From the NCBI GenBank assembly GCA_036785375.1, contig JAWMAR010000056.1:4526001-4590000 (forward strand): a DNA stretch of 64,000 bases. Direction: 5' to 3'. The stretch is from Leucoraja ocellata (Eukaryota). Of the stretch, positions 1-12,004 are shown piece by piece (position 1 is the first letter of the stretch; every line of letters starts with the position of its first letter). The position numbers and the translations under genes are program-made. The notes beneath the pieces were generated by a model. The model made no database searches, was not told where the DNA came from, and worked only from the letters and a program-made list of their open reading frames with translations.

Positions 1-970
1 AGTGCAGGTGGTGCGCTTTGGTCAGCATGGACAAATTGGGCAGACGTAACCGTTCCCTTGCTGTATGACTCTAGTAGTGTTCACCCCAAGTTTAAACAAC
101 ATGCCGTTCCCACCCGTGCCCCCCCCTGGGTTGATGTCCTTTCCCTTGTTTGAGAGTTCCCTAGACCGGGCTCCATCCATCCTTCAATGTCCAGTGGTGG
201 AAGGACCATAGATTGTGGGTCCTATCCCACAGAGCCTCCATGTTACTGTGTCCATGAGTACACATAGAAAGATCTTGCATTAGCAACACACCTTTCGCTA
301 GCTCAGACCGTCTCAAGTCAAGTCTATTCGTCACATACACATACGAGATGTGCAGTGAAATGAAAAGTGGCAATGCTCGCGGGCTTTGTGCAAAAAAGAC
401 AAACAAACAAACAACCAAACAAACTACAAACAGAATGTAACAGAATCACATATTCCGTCACAGCACAGACCGTCTGCAGGTACTTTGCAGTTCATGATGC
501 ACTTTTGAAAAATGGCCACTGCTGTTATGCGGGAAACGTTTCAACGAACCTCCGTCATTGTAGATAATTGATTAAGAGAAGGAACAGTGTCTATGCAATC
601 ACCGAGCCAGAGGTGGGGTTGGCTGCAGAACAAAAGGGGTAGGTCTGTGACAAGAGGATGAGTAATTAAATAACAAAAGGGATGCAGATGTAAGCAAAAA
701 AAGCTCATAATGGCACTAAATTGGTCACTTAGTAAAGGCCATAAAAGATGCCTGGGGAAGAGGCATGCTCTTGAAATGGGGATTGTCCTCCAGTGTTTGC
801 AATTACTTGACACCTTCTGGGGGCAGGATGAAAGAACTTTTAACCTGAATCTGACCCAGGCACACTCAGTAGCAATAGAAAGGAACTGGGCTCATGTTCC
901 ATTGATCAACCACAATACACAGGAAAATAATAATGGATGCCAGCTCCTGAACAAAGGATCCTCCTGTAAA

Positions 971-980
<10 letters not shown>

Positions 981-1016
<36 letters not shown>
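981..1016. repeat. (CT)n microsatellite
   Basis: Seen directly. Other simple repeats: (AGAT)n about 3516-3540, C-runs 3898-3924 and about 26437-26457, (CA)n about 10513-10531 and 27708-27736. Confidence 0.95.
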
Positions 1017-1018
<2 letters not shown>

Positions 1019-1714
1019 TGCTTCTTCCTGTGTGCGGGATGAAGTATAAATCTGCTTGTAATTCGAAATAATTATTCGCAGATACTTTCCCCCAGAGAAA
1101 AACGGAGTTACTAAACATCACAGTAACATTCCTGGCATCCTACTTAATTTTTTTGGTTTTGACCAATTTCCCATGAGGATAAACAGCTTTCAAAATGGAC
1201 TTGCTTAAGTCTAATTCCCAAAAGGTAGGTATATGCACATTAGTTACATGCGAGGCAAGCCCAGCCAAACTTTTATATGCAAGTTATTTATTTTCCCTGT
1301 AGAGTTTCACATTTTTGCTAGTTTTGTTTTCCTTGCCTTGGAGGTTAATTCTTTTCATCGTGATTCAACAATACATCGCACTTCCCTCTCTGCCCAACCA
1401 GTGCCTATTCTTCCTTTGTTTGTTCAATCTTTGCTGGCAAAGTGTCTGTTTATTGTTCTTCCTTAATTGGCCTTGAGGAGGAGATGATGAGATGCCTATT
1501 TCCAGCTGCTACAGTTCTTGTAGTCCAACACTATCTATTGGAAAGTTCCAATATTTAGACATCTTCCTAGTCAAGGTGTAATGTGCATTGGAGGGAAACC
1601 TGTTGGCGAGTTCCTTCTCTCCAGAGATGCTGCCTGTCCTGCTGAGTTACTCCAGCATTTTGTGTCCATCTGTGGTTTACACCAGCATCTGCAGTTCCTT
1701 CATACACAGTGTTC

Positions 1715-2027
1715 TAGTTTAGTTTGGTTTACAGATACAGAGTGGAAACGGGCCCATCGTTCCACCGAGTCCATGCCGACCAGCGATCTCCGCACACTAA
1801 AACTATCCGACACACATTAGGGACAATTTACAATTTTACAAAGTCAATTAACCTGCAAACCTGTACGTCTTTGGAGTGTGGGAGGAAACCAAAGTTCTCG
1901 GGGAAAACCCACGCAGGTCACGGGGCGAACGTACAAACTCCGTACAGACAGCACCCGTAGTCAGGATCGAACCCGGGTCACTGGTGCTGTAAGGCAGCAA
2001 CTCTACAGCTGCGCCACCGTGCTGCCC
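1715..2027 (-). mobile_element. tRNA-derived V-SINE (HE1-like elasmobranch SINE), full length
   Basis: Head gggcagcacggtggcgcagctgtagagttg with B box ggttcgatcc, V-domain ggagtttgtacgttcgccccgtg..ggtttcctcccac, CR1-type tail with (TAAAC)n. Confidence 0.9.
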
Positions 2028-2581
2028 GTTGTACTTCTTGTTTGTGATGGTTGAGTTTGAGTTTAGTTTATTGTCACGTGTGCTGAGGTACAGTGAAAAG
2101 CCTTAGCTGCGTGCGAACTAGTCAGAGGAAAGACAAGACATGATTACAATCGAGCCATCCACTGTGTGCGAATACACGATAAAGGGAATAACATGAATGA
2201 CGTTTAGTGCAAGATAAATTCCAGTCGGGTAATGAAAGATAGTCTGAGGGTCTCCAATGAGGTAGAGTGTGGCTCAGGACTGCTCTCTAGTTGTTGGTAG
2301 GATGGTTCAGTTGCCTAATAACTGCAGGTTTTGGAGGTGCTATTGAAGTAACTGAGGTGTAGCAAGATGTTGCAAACTGCTACTTTGATGGTAGGGGGCA
2401 TAACCATTCATAAGCAAATGGATGGCTGAGCAAGCAGGCAGAATCCCAACCACTGGCCTCCTGTTACAGCCGCAATGGTTCTTCCAGTTAGGTTTCTTGT
2501 CAGTGGTGATCCTCAGGACTTCAGTGTTGATGGACTTGGTGGTGGTAATGTCACTGAATGACAATTTGTTTCTTCCACCTC

Positions 2582-3040
2582 TTAACGTATGATGAGCGTT
2601 TGAGTACACTGGGCCTGTACTCGCTGGAGTTTAGAAGGATGAGGGGGAGAACCTCATTGTAAATTACCAAATGGTGAAAGCTTGGATAGAGTGGATGTGG
2701 CAAGGATGTTTCCTCTAGTGGGAGAGTCAAGGACTAGAGGTCATAGCCTCAGAATTAAAGGACATTCTTTATGAAAGGAGATGAGGAAGAATTGTTTTAG
2801 TCAGAAGGTGGTGAATCTGTGGAACTCTTTGTCACAGAAGGCTGTGGAGGCCAAGTCAATGGATATTTTTAAGGCAGAGATAGATAGATTCTTGATTGGT
2901 ACTGCTGTCAGAGGTTATGGGGAGAAGGCAGGAGAATGGGGTTAGGAGAGAGAGATAGATCAGCCATGATTGAATGGCGGGCTAGACTTGATGGACCGAA
3001 TGGCCTATTTCTTTTCCTATCACTTATGACCTTACGACCT
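2582..3040 (+). mobile_element. CR1 LINE 3' fragment
   Basis: Same ORF2-end and 3' UTR sequence as the copies at about 7003-7480, 8110-8428 and 15205-15478. Confidence 0.9.
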
Positions 3041-3324
3041 TCTAGTCTGTGGTCTCAGAGGGGTCTGTGGCCCAGTCTATAATTAATTGCTATATTGATG
3101 CAGGAAGGGGGAGACGGAAGGAAGAGTGAGTCATAAGAGACTGCAGATGCTGGGATTTGGATCAAAATCACAAACCATGGAAGAACTCAGCATGTCAGGC
3201 AGCATCCGCGGAGGCAAGGCGGGTGGTTAATGTTTTAGGACGAGAGCCTGTATCAGGACTGAATGTGCAAATGGGTGATAGTGAATATAAAGAGGCGAGG
3301 AGCAGGCCTGAGGTACAAGCTAAC

Positions 3325-3358
3325 AGTCTGAAGAAGGGTCTCCACCCGAAACGTCACT
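3325..3358 (+). ncRNA. Minimal type I hammerhead ribozyme motif in a Penelope-derived repeat
   Basis: agt-CTGAAGA-a-gggt(ctcc)accc-GAAA-cGTC-act: conserved core, stem II, minimal stem III, GUC site and a 3-bp stem I. Confidence 0.65.
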
Positions 3359-3692
3359 TTTTTTTCTCCAGAGATGCTGCCTGACCCACTGAGTTACTCC
3401 AGCATTTTGTGTCTAACTTCAGAGCCATAAGGTGATAGGTGGACACAGATGAGGAGAGGTTGATGGGCAAATGGAAGGAGGTGGGGGAGTGAGGGGTGGA
3501 AATAGCGACAGAGAGAAGATAGATAGATAGATAGATAGATAAATGGAAAGAGTAAGGGAAGGGGAGCTGAGGTCATGTACACGCTCAGCTAGAGAAAAGG
3601 GCATGTGTTAAGAACTGGTACAGTATTGAAGGAAACTAGAACGGAGGAAGTAAAACAATAAAGCATTTAATATGATGAGCTTTGGGTCAATA

Positions 3693-5364
3693 CAGTACCC
3701 TCCATAATGTTTGGGACAAAGACCCATCATTTCTTTATTTGCCTCTGTACCTCACAATTTGAGATTTGTAGTAGGAAAAATCACATGTGGTTAAAGTGCA
3801 CATTGTCAGATTTTAATAAAGGCTATTTTTTATCCATTTCGGTTTCACCATGTAGAAATTACAGCGGGTAGAATTAGAATGTAGAATGTAGAAATTACCC
3901 CCCCCCCCCCCCCCCCCCCCCCCCATTTTCAGGGCACCATAATGTTTGGGACACAGCAATGTCATGTAAACGAAAGTAGTCATGTTTAGTATTTTGTTGC
4001 ATATCCTTTGCATGCGATGACTGCTTGAAATCCGTGATTCATGTCCATCACCAGTTGCCTGGTGTCTTCTCTGGTGATGCTCTGCCAGGCATGTATTGCA
4101 GCCATCTTTAGCTTATGCTCCTTTTGGGGGCTAGTCCCCTTCAGTTTTCTCTTCAGCATATAAAAGGCATGCTCCATTGGGTTCAGATCGGGCGATTGAC
4201 TTGGCCACTCAAGAATTGTCCATTTTTTAGCTTTGAAAAACTCCTTTGTTGCTTCAGCAGTATGTTTGGGATCATTGTCTTGCTGTAGTATGAACCGCCA
4301 GCCAATGAGTTTTGAGGCATTTGTTTGAACTTGAGCAGATAGGACATGTCTATACACTTCAGAATTCATTATGCTACTACCGTCAGCAGTTGTATCATCA
4401 ATGAAGATAAGTGAGCCAGTACCTTCAGCAGCCATACATGTCCAGGCCATAACACCCCCACCACTGTGTTTCACAGATGAGGTGGTATGCTTTGGATCTT
4501 GGGTAGTTCCTTCTCTCCTCCATATTTTGCTCTTGCCATCACTCTGACACAAATTAATCTTCATCACATCTGTCCACAAGATCTTTTTCCAGAACTGCGG
4601 TTGCTCTTTTAAGTACTTCTTGGCAAGCTGTAGCCTGGCCATCCTATTTTTGCAGCTAACCAGTGGTTTGCATCTTGCAGTGTAGCCTCTGTATTTCTGT
4701 TCATGAAGTCTTCTGCAGACAGTGGTCATTGACAAATCCACACCTGATTCCTGAAAAATGTTTCTGATCTGTCGGACTGGTGTTTGGGTTTTTTTCTTTA
4801 TAATAGAGAGAATTCTTCTGTCATCAGCTGTGGAGGTCTTCCTTGGCCTGTCAGTCTCTTTGTGATTAGAAAGCTCACCAGTGCTCTCTTTCTTCTTAAT
4901 ATTGTTCCAAACAGTTGATTTTTGTAAGCCTAAGGTTTGGCTGATGTTTCTAACAGTTTTATTCTTGTTTCTCATTCTCATAATGGCTTCTTTGACTTTC
5001 ATTGGCACAACTTTGGTCCTTATGTTGATAAACAGCAATAAAAGTTTCCAAAGGTGATGGAAAGACTGGATGAAAGACTAGGTGCTGAGAGCTCTCTTAT
5101 ACCTGCATTAAGGAGGCAATTAAACACATCTGAGAAGCCATGTGCCCCACACATTATGGTGCTCTGAAATGGGGGGCTATGTATAAACACAGCTGTAATT
5201 TCTACATGGTGAAACCAAAATGTATATAAATACCCTTTAATAAAATCTGACAATCTGCTCTTTAACCAAACGTGATTTTTTTCTATTACAAATCTCAAAT
5301 TGTGGAGTTCAGAGGCAAATAAATAAATGATAGGTCTTTGTCCCAAACATTATGGAGGGCACTG
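3693..5364 (-). mobile_element. Full-length Tc1/mariner DNA transposon, IR/DR type (1672 bp)
   Basis: TA TSDs at 3691-3692 and 5365-5366, CAGT...ACTG termini, and roughly 220-260 bp inverted repeats. Each repeat has an outer and an inner copy of ccataatgtttgggaca (left 3702-3718 and 3937-3953; right inner about 5141-5160). Confidence 0.96.
3986..5023 (-). CDS. Tc1-family DD34E transposase, unbroken frame, probably inactive
   Basis: N-terminal HTH region, WTD, QQDNDPKH and WPSQSPDLNPME (34 residues between D and E), ending GYATKY*. The likely original ATG is now ATA (5023-5021); the first ATG is at 5002. Confidence 0.9.
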   Translation of the reverse strand: MRTKVVPMKVKEAIMRMRNKNKTVRNISQTLGLQKSTVWNNIKKKESTGELSNHKETDRPRKTSTADDRRILSIIKKKTQTPVRQIRNIFQESGVDLSMTTVCRRLHEQKYRGYTARCKPLVSCKNRMARLQLAKKYLKEQPQFWKKILWTDVMKINLCQSDGKSKIWRREGTTQDPKHTTSSVKHSGGGVMAWTCMAAEGTGSLIFIDDTTADGSSIMNSEVYRHVLSAQVQTNASKLIGWRFILQQDNDPKHTAEATKEFFKAKKWTILEWPSQSPDLNPMEHAFYMLKRKLKGTSPQKEHKLKMAAIHAWQSITREDTRQLVMDMNHGFQAVIACKGYATKY

Positions 5365-6407
5365 TATCTCCTTAATATCCATGTGTGTTGGTTTCAATTC
5401 ATTTTCATGGCGAGGAAGGTTTCATTCCTGCTAAAGCCAGCTTTATCTTTTTTTTGGAGTAGATTATTTTAAGAGGCTTGACTGAAGTAATCAACAGCTA
5501 ATTCCTGCTTAACTGGAAGTGTGCTTGAAGCTTTGGCATACCCTCCCGGACGTGCTCAAATGCAGAAAAATTAAATAAATATTCGAGTGATATCCATCAA
5601 CTTCCAGCCTCTGGGTAGAGGCTTGGATAAAGGGCCGCACTTAGTCATACAAAATATGTGTACATTTCGCAGACCACTTCCTTGATTCATAAATCATGTC
5701 CAAATCTTTTGTTTCAGAATTACTTTTCTGTTTCCATTATAAACCTCCAACAATGCAGCACAGAATTATAATGTCTCATTTACTGTGCATTGATTTTGCC
5801 TGTGTCCTGAACCGATAAATCTCTGTAGCTCTGACCATGGTACACTGTTCCCCCCCACCCCCAGGCCAATCTCTCCTTAACTTCAACACTCTCCTGTTCC
5901 CCTTCCAAGGTGGGACTAACATGGTAAATGGCTCGGGCCTTTGAGAACCAGAAAGCCACAAGGGTTTAGATACATAGTTTGATGAATCATAGAAACATAG
6001 GTGCAGAAGTGGGCCATTCGGCCCTTCGAGCCAGCACCGCTGTTCAATATGATCATGGCTGATCATCCAAAATCAGTACCCCGTACAGAGTTTTTCCCCA
6101 TATCCCTTGATTCCGTTAGCCCTAACTCTCTCTTAAAAACATCCAGTGAAATGTGGACTCCACTGCCTTATATGACAGAGAGTTCCACAGATTTACAACT
6201 CTCTGGGTGAAAAAGTTTTCCCTCATCTCAGTCCTAAACGGCCTACCCCTTAAACTGTGACCCTTGGTTCTGGACTCCCCCCAACATCGGGAACATTATT
6301 CCTGCATCTAGCCTGTCCAATCCCTTAAGAATGTTATATATTTCCATAAGACAGAATTGGTGGAGTGGTGAAGTCGCTTGTTTTCATCGGCATATATATT
6401 AGAGAAG

Positions 6408-6595
6408 TAGTAACTCAGTGGGACAGGCAGCATCTCTGGAGAGAAGGAATGGGGGACGTTTTGGCTCGAGACCCTTTCTTCAGACCCAAAATGTCTCCCA
6501 TTCCTTCTCTCCAGAGATGCCTGTCCCACTGAGTTACTCTAGCATTTTGTGTCTACCTTCGATTTAAACCAGCATCTGCAGTTCTTTCTCACACA
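6408..6595. repeat. Foldback pair of Penelope-derived repeats
   Basis: agtaactcagtgggacaggcagcatctctggagagaaggaatggg and its near-complement at 6497-6540. Confidence 0.75.
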
Positions 6596-7002
6596 GGGAA
6601 GTTGGGATGTCATGTTACAGCTGTACAGGACATTGGTAAGGCTTCATTTGGAGTACTGTGGAGTACTTCATTGAGTGCTACATACGGTTCTGGTTTCCCC
6701 ACTGTAGGAAGAGCATCATTGAACTGAAAAAGATGCAAAAAAGATTAACGAGATGTTACCGGGTCTGGTAGGTTTGAATTTTATGAGGAGGGCGGACAGG
6801 CTGAGTCCATTTTCCCTGGAATCTAGAAAGCTGATTGTGACCAAATTGGGGTGACCTATGGGCATTACATAATCAACAAAGATTCCCCTTTCCACATCTG
6901 GCTTACTTTAGACCTTAGAGATACAACGAAGAAACAGGCACTTCAGCCCACTCAGTCCACACCCGCCAGCGACCACCCCGCACACTAACACTACCCTACA
7001 CT

Positions 7003-7480
7003 CCTCCAGAGGAGGTTTACAAGAATGATCCCAGGAATGAGTAGGTTAACCTATGATGAGCATTTGTCGCCTCTGACCCTGTGCTCGCTGGAGTTTAGAA
7101 GAATGGGAGGGGACCACATTGAAACATACTGAACAGTGAAAGGCATGGATAGAGTGGATGTGGAGAGGATGTTTCCACTAGTTGGAGAATCTAGGACTAG
7201 AAGTTATAGCCTCAGAATTAAAGGATGTTATTTTAGGAAGGAGAATTTTTTTTTGTCAGATGGTGAATCTGTGGAATTCTTTGCCACAGAAGGCTGTGGA
7301 GGCCAAGTCAACTGATATTTTTAAGGCAGAGATAGATTCTTGACCAATACAGGTGTCGGGGGTTATGGGGAGAAAGGAGGAGAATGTGATTAGGATGCTG
7401 AGATAGATCAGCCATGATTGAATGGTGGAGTAGACTTGATGGGTTGAATGGCCTAATTCTACTCCCATTCCTTATGACAT
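7003..7480 (+). mobile_element. CR1 LINE 3' fragment
   Basis: ccagaggaggtttacaagaatgatcccagga..gtggtgaatctgtggaattc-type ORF2 end and 3' UTR. Confidence 0.9.
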
Positions 7481-8957
7481 TTCAGATCAATACACTTCAT
7501 CAAACTGAGTTCCTTGTTTCTTACCATTACAACATTTAAGAAACATTTAGACAGGTTTAGAGGGACATGGGCCATACGTAGGCAGGTGGGACTAGCGTAG
7601 ATGGTACATGTTGGTCGGCGTGGGCAAGTTGGGCCAAAGGGTCTGTGTCCACGCTGTATGACTATCACTCTACGTGGTCAACGGGCGGTGGTCGAGATAT
7701 TCCAAATTTCTACGTTCAGCAAATTGCAGTTCAGCACCAAAACAGTTCGATGGTTCACTTGTCTAATGGATTTAAATTGAATATTGCAGGAAAATTTGCT
7801 TAAAGCTGACCTGAGTTAAGGGAAATGGGAAGGAGGGATACAGTTCTCTCCCATTTCTGCGGATGCTGCCTGACTTGCTGAGTATACCAGCATTCCTGTT
7901 GTTATTTTTGATTTGCGGCATCTTCAGTTTTTTTTCATTTTTGAGTTACACAAACATTTGTCTGAGATCTCTTTCTTGCCTGCCTGGGAATGTTGCGATC
8001 TTGCCATATGTGAGACATTTTATTGTTTAAATTACAAAATCCTGATTCATTTTCCAAGGTCTTTCATATTATTCATCTCATTAGCATCTGTGGTGTCGGA
8101 AGGAACGGCAGATGGATGTGGACAGGATGTTTCCACTAGTGGGAGAGTCTAGGGATCGAGATCAGTGCCGCAGAATTGAAGGGCGTTCTTTTAGGAAGGA
8201 GATGAGGAGGAATTTCTTTTGTCAGAGGGTGGTGAATCTGTGGAATTCTTTGTCACAGAAGGCTGTGGTGGCAGAGATAGATAGATTCTTGATTAGTGCA
8301 GGGGTTATGGGGAGAAGGCAGGAGAATGGGTTCGGAGAGAGAGACAGATCAGCCATGATTGAATGGCGGAGTAGACGTGATTGGCCCAAGTGCCTAATTG
8401 TGTTCCTATTACTTATGATCTTATGATGCTAGTATATACAGATATAATGCAGTATTAACTCAGCAGGTCAGGCAGCATCTCTGGAGAAAAGGAGTAGGTG
8501 ATGTTTCGGGTTGGAACCCTTCTTCAGATCTGTGACATCAGACTGGATAAACCTTCGAGTGACATTACCTAACCGCCAACATTTCTAGTTTACTTGCCGT
8601 ATGGAACATTTTGCCTCACTAAAATAACTTTCCAGATTTGAAAGAAAGCTGCGGTTTTTTTAAGATAAATATTAGTCCAAGCTGCAAAATTTTAGTTGTA
8701 TAGTCAGTTATATTTAAACAAGCATTTCAAACCCTTGTATAAACCTTACAACTCCAAGATTTTATTCTTTTGTTTAGGATTTGAAACAATAGGGAAAGCA
8801 TGGTACATTTTAAACAATAGACCAAGTAAAAACCTGAATAAATAACCAAAATGCTGGAAAAATTCAGCAGGGCAGGCAGCATCTGTGGAGGGAAATGGAC
8901 AGGCTACGATTCTGGTTGGGACCCTTTTTCAAACTGATGGAATGGAGGGGAGGAAGC

Positions 8958-9258
8958 TTTAGACTTTAGAGATACAGCATGGAAATAGGCCCTTCGGCCC
9001 ACCGAGCCCGCGCTGACCAGCGTTCATCCCGTACACTAGCACTATCCTACACATTAGTGACAATTTATTATAGGCCTAACCCAATTATTAACCTATAAAT
9101 CTGAAGGTCCTTGGAGTGTGGGAGGAAACCAGAGCACCCAAAGAAAACCCACGCGGTCACTGGGAGAAGATACAGACTCCTTACAGACAGTAAACGTAGT
9201 CGGGATGAAACCCGGGTCTCTGGCGCTGTAGGGCAGCATCTCTACCACTGTGCCACCA
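8958..9258 (-). mobile_element. V-SINE (HE1-like)
   Basis: Colinear with 1715-2027. Confidence 0.88.
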
Positions 9259-10071
9259 AGCTGGTAGAGAGACGTGAGGGGGAAGATTGCATTTGCAGTT
9301 TTTTTGGGTCATGATTCCAGAATCGGCAGTCACTTGGGTGTCCAGGTAAATAATTGAAACACATTGATTGATTGATATTTTATTATCACGGTGAAATTCT
9401 TTGTTTTGCATACCATACACTAGGTATGCAAAGAGTCACCATGGATAGGGTGTCGATAAAGGTATAACATAGAAACATAGGAAATAGGTGCAGGAATGGG
9501 CCATTCGGCTCTTCGAGCCTGCACCGCCATTCAATATGATCATGGCTGATCATCCAACTCAGTATCCTGTACCAGCCTTCTCTCCATACCCTCTGATCCC
9601 TTTAGCCACAAGGGCCACATCTAACTCCCTCTTAAATATAGCCAATGAACTGGCCTCAACTACCTTCTGTGGCAGAGAGTTCCAGAGATTCACCACTCTC
9701 TGTGTGAAAAATGATTTCCTCATCGGTCCTAAAAGATTTCCCCCTTATCCTTAAATTTCCCCCTTGTCCATAACATGTTAAATGTAATCCCAATGGACTA
9801 CATTCTCAGGTAGGAAGATTTTACTTGCAGCATAACCTTCCTGACTATGAATCTTCCCTTTTTGCTTTAGTGCCGAATATCTGCTATGTTTCCAAACCAT
9901 TCTGTTTGGGAATGAGGAGGGTTGTTTCTGCCAAATCTACTGGCCAGGGAGTAGCTCGATTGGAAATGAGTTTGGATGGCTCTATTGTGAGGCCCGATCA
10001 AAAATAACAGTGCGCATGATTTGACCTGACAACTCATTGGAAATGTCAGTGTGAACCAATGTCTGACCCAC

Positions 10072-10743
10072 TGAGTTTTAGTTTTTAAGTTTCCAGTTTT
10101 AGAGATACAGCGTGGAAACTGGCACTTTGGCCCACCGATTCCATGCCGACCAGCGATCCCCGCACACTAATAGCCCTGTCCCACGATACCAGTTCATTCC
10201 AAGAGCTCTCCCGAGTTTAAAAAAAATCAAACCTGGGGCAAGCACGGAGAATGAACGTAGCAGGTACTTCGGAGCTCGGGGATGTCTCTTAGCGGCTCGT
10301 AACGCTAACGGCAGGTACTCGGGAAGACTCGCTAGCAGCAGGTAAGCACGGGAAGACTCGTGAAGATTTTTCAACATGTAGAAAAATGTCCACAAGAGCC
10401 CCGAGTACCGGCGAGTGGCCATTACCGTAAATCTCCGAGTTCGAATCAGGGCAAACTCGGGAGAGCTCTTGGAATGAACTTGTACCGTGGGACAGGGGTT
10501 TAACACTATCCGACACACACACACACACACACTAGGGACAATTTACATGTATACCAAGCCAAGTGGCCTTCAAGCCTGTACGTTTTTGGAGGGTGGGAGG
10601 CAAACGGAGCTCCCGGAAATAAATCCACGCAGGTCTCGGGAGAACGTACAAACTCCATACAGACAGCACCTGTGGTCAGGATCGAACCCAGGTCCCTGAC
10701 GTTGTAAGGCGACAACTCTACCACTGCGCCACCATGCCGCCCC
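10072..10743 (-). mobile_element. V-SINE (HE1-like) split by the MITE
   Basis: Tail at 10072-10170, body and head at 10501-10743. Confidence 0.88.
10171..10500. mobile_element. PIF/Harbinger-type MITE (330 bp) inserted in a V-SINE
   Basis: Terminal inverted repeats (TIRs) of about 46 bp (ccctgtcccacgataccagttcattccaagagctctcccgagttt / aaactcgggagagctcttggaatgaacttgtaccgtgggacaggg). TAA is duplicated at 10168-10170 and 10501-10503, and removing the insert restores SINE cgcacactaacactatcc. Confidence 0.85.
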
Positions 10744-11822
10744 ACAGTTACTCCACCACTTTGCATCCTTTTTTGTGAACCACTGTCTTTTGGGGGCTTG
10801 GATCGAACCCTGGAATCTGTTTAAATCACAGATGTGTGGAACAAGAATCTTGCAACTGCTTTGCTTGCCTGCTCCTAAAATGACCAATTGGATTCACCAC
10901 ATTAGACTGCCTGCTGATGTTAATAAATTGATTCACAAAGCTGTCATTATTTGCACAAAACAATGATATTGTTAGAAATATGCTACCCATTGTAAAGAAT
11001 GGTTTGATTTGACAATTAGTGAATAAGAATAGATTACCAATATATTAATAAATAGGTTGGTGTACATGCTCTTCATCATTCATGCTCCCACGTTCCATAA
11101 GACATGCAGGTGTGTAGATTAATTGGCTTCTGTAAATTGCCACTGGTGTATAGGATGTGAAAGTGGGATAACATAGAGCGAACGTCGACTAACATAGATA
11201 CCAGCGATTGATGGTTGCCATGCTATGTGGACCACAGTTCCTGTTTCCACGCTGTATCTCCAAACTAAACTACACTAAATTTAAAAAGTGGAGGATAAGA
11301 TGGGGAAGTAGCTTTTCCTCTTTCATAACTGCTCATTTCCCTCCAATTTCTATTTCTCATTTCGGAGTTCCAGCACCAACAGTATTGCACTTTTTGTACA
11401 CTTTAAATTGCCTTTGATCCAACCAGCAGATGTGTTGTGATTAACATGAATGCTGTAAACCACAGTGAGTAGCTCCAGATTGTATATTAGGGAGTAAATA
11501 CCGAGCAAGGGCTCCAGATTCTAACATATCAGCAATAACAAGTACTTTTATTTAGTTCTGTAATCATTGCTGTTTAAGGGCAATAAACATAGCAATCTGT
11601 GATCGTACTTGGCCGGGACAAAAATGGGCTCCTGTGTACTATTAAACACCTTAACTAGTGGTCTTAATGTTTATTCAAGAAAGAAGCTATTTAATTCCTC
11701 GCACACCCTATAATTGCCCAGCATATAAATGTTTATCGCTCCGTTAAGAACCTCTATGTATGCCACCTGATTCATTTAGTATTTTTTTTCTCCTGTATTT
11801 ATTGTTTGAACTCGTATCTTAG

Positions 11823-11852
11823 GTTCCGTTTACTGAACTATGACCAGCTACC
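11823..11852 (+). other. gli2: 5' UTR part of the gli2 ATG-containing exon (30 nt)
   Basis: A pyrimidine-rich tract and the acceptor tatcttag| end at 11822. The 30-nt distance to the ATG matches my recall of the human GLI2 exon. Confidence 0.75.
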
Positions 11853-11970
11853 ATGGCAGCCCAAGCACAGACCACTGCCTCTGAAAAGAAGGAAGGCAAG
11901 AGCTCCATCATTGAAGGGGATGTCTTCACAGAGACCAACAAAAAGTCGTCAGCCTCTGCAGCATCACGAG
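11853..11970 (+). CDS. gli2: GLI2 (GLI family zinc finger 2, Hedgehog effector), first coding exon, 39 codons + 1 nt (phase-1 intron)
   Basis: ATG in strong Kozak context (gctaccATGG) with an in-frame upstream TGA, and donor GAG|gtacgt at 11970/11971. The peptide MAAQAQTTASEKKEGKSSIIEGDVFTETNKKSSASAASR aligns with my recall of human GLI2 METSASATASEKQEAKSGILEAAGF and zebrafish Gli2a (..STEKKELKPSVLDGSSFTDLPKKPSPTTASR). It fits GLI3 less well. Confidence 0.88.
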
Positions 11971-12004
11971 GTACGTAGGAAAGCTTTGTTTTTTTTCCTC
12001 TGCA

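Noticed and set aside
1960-2027. tRNA genes
   Set aside because: The A/B-box sequences are SINE heads joined to a V-domain and LINE tail, not cloverleaf tRNA genes.
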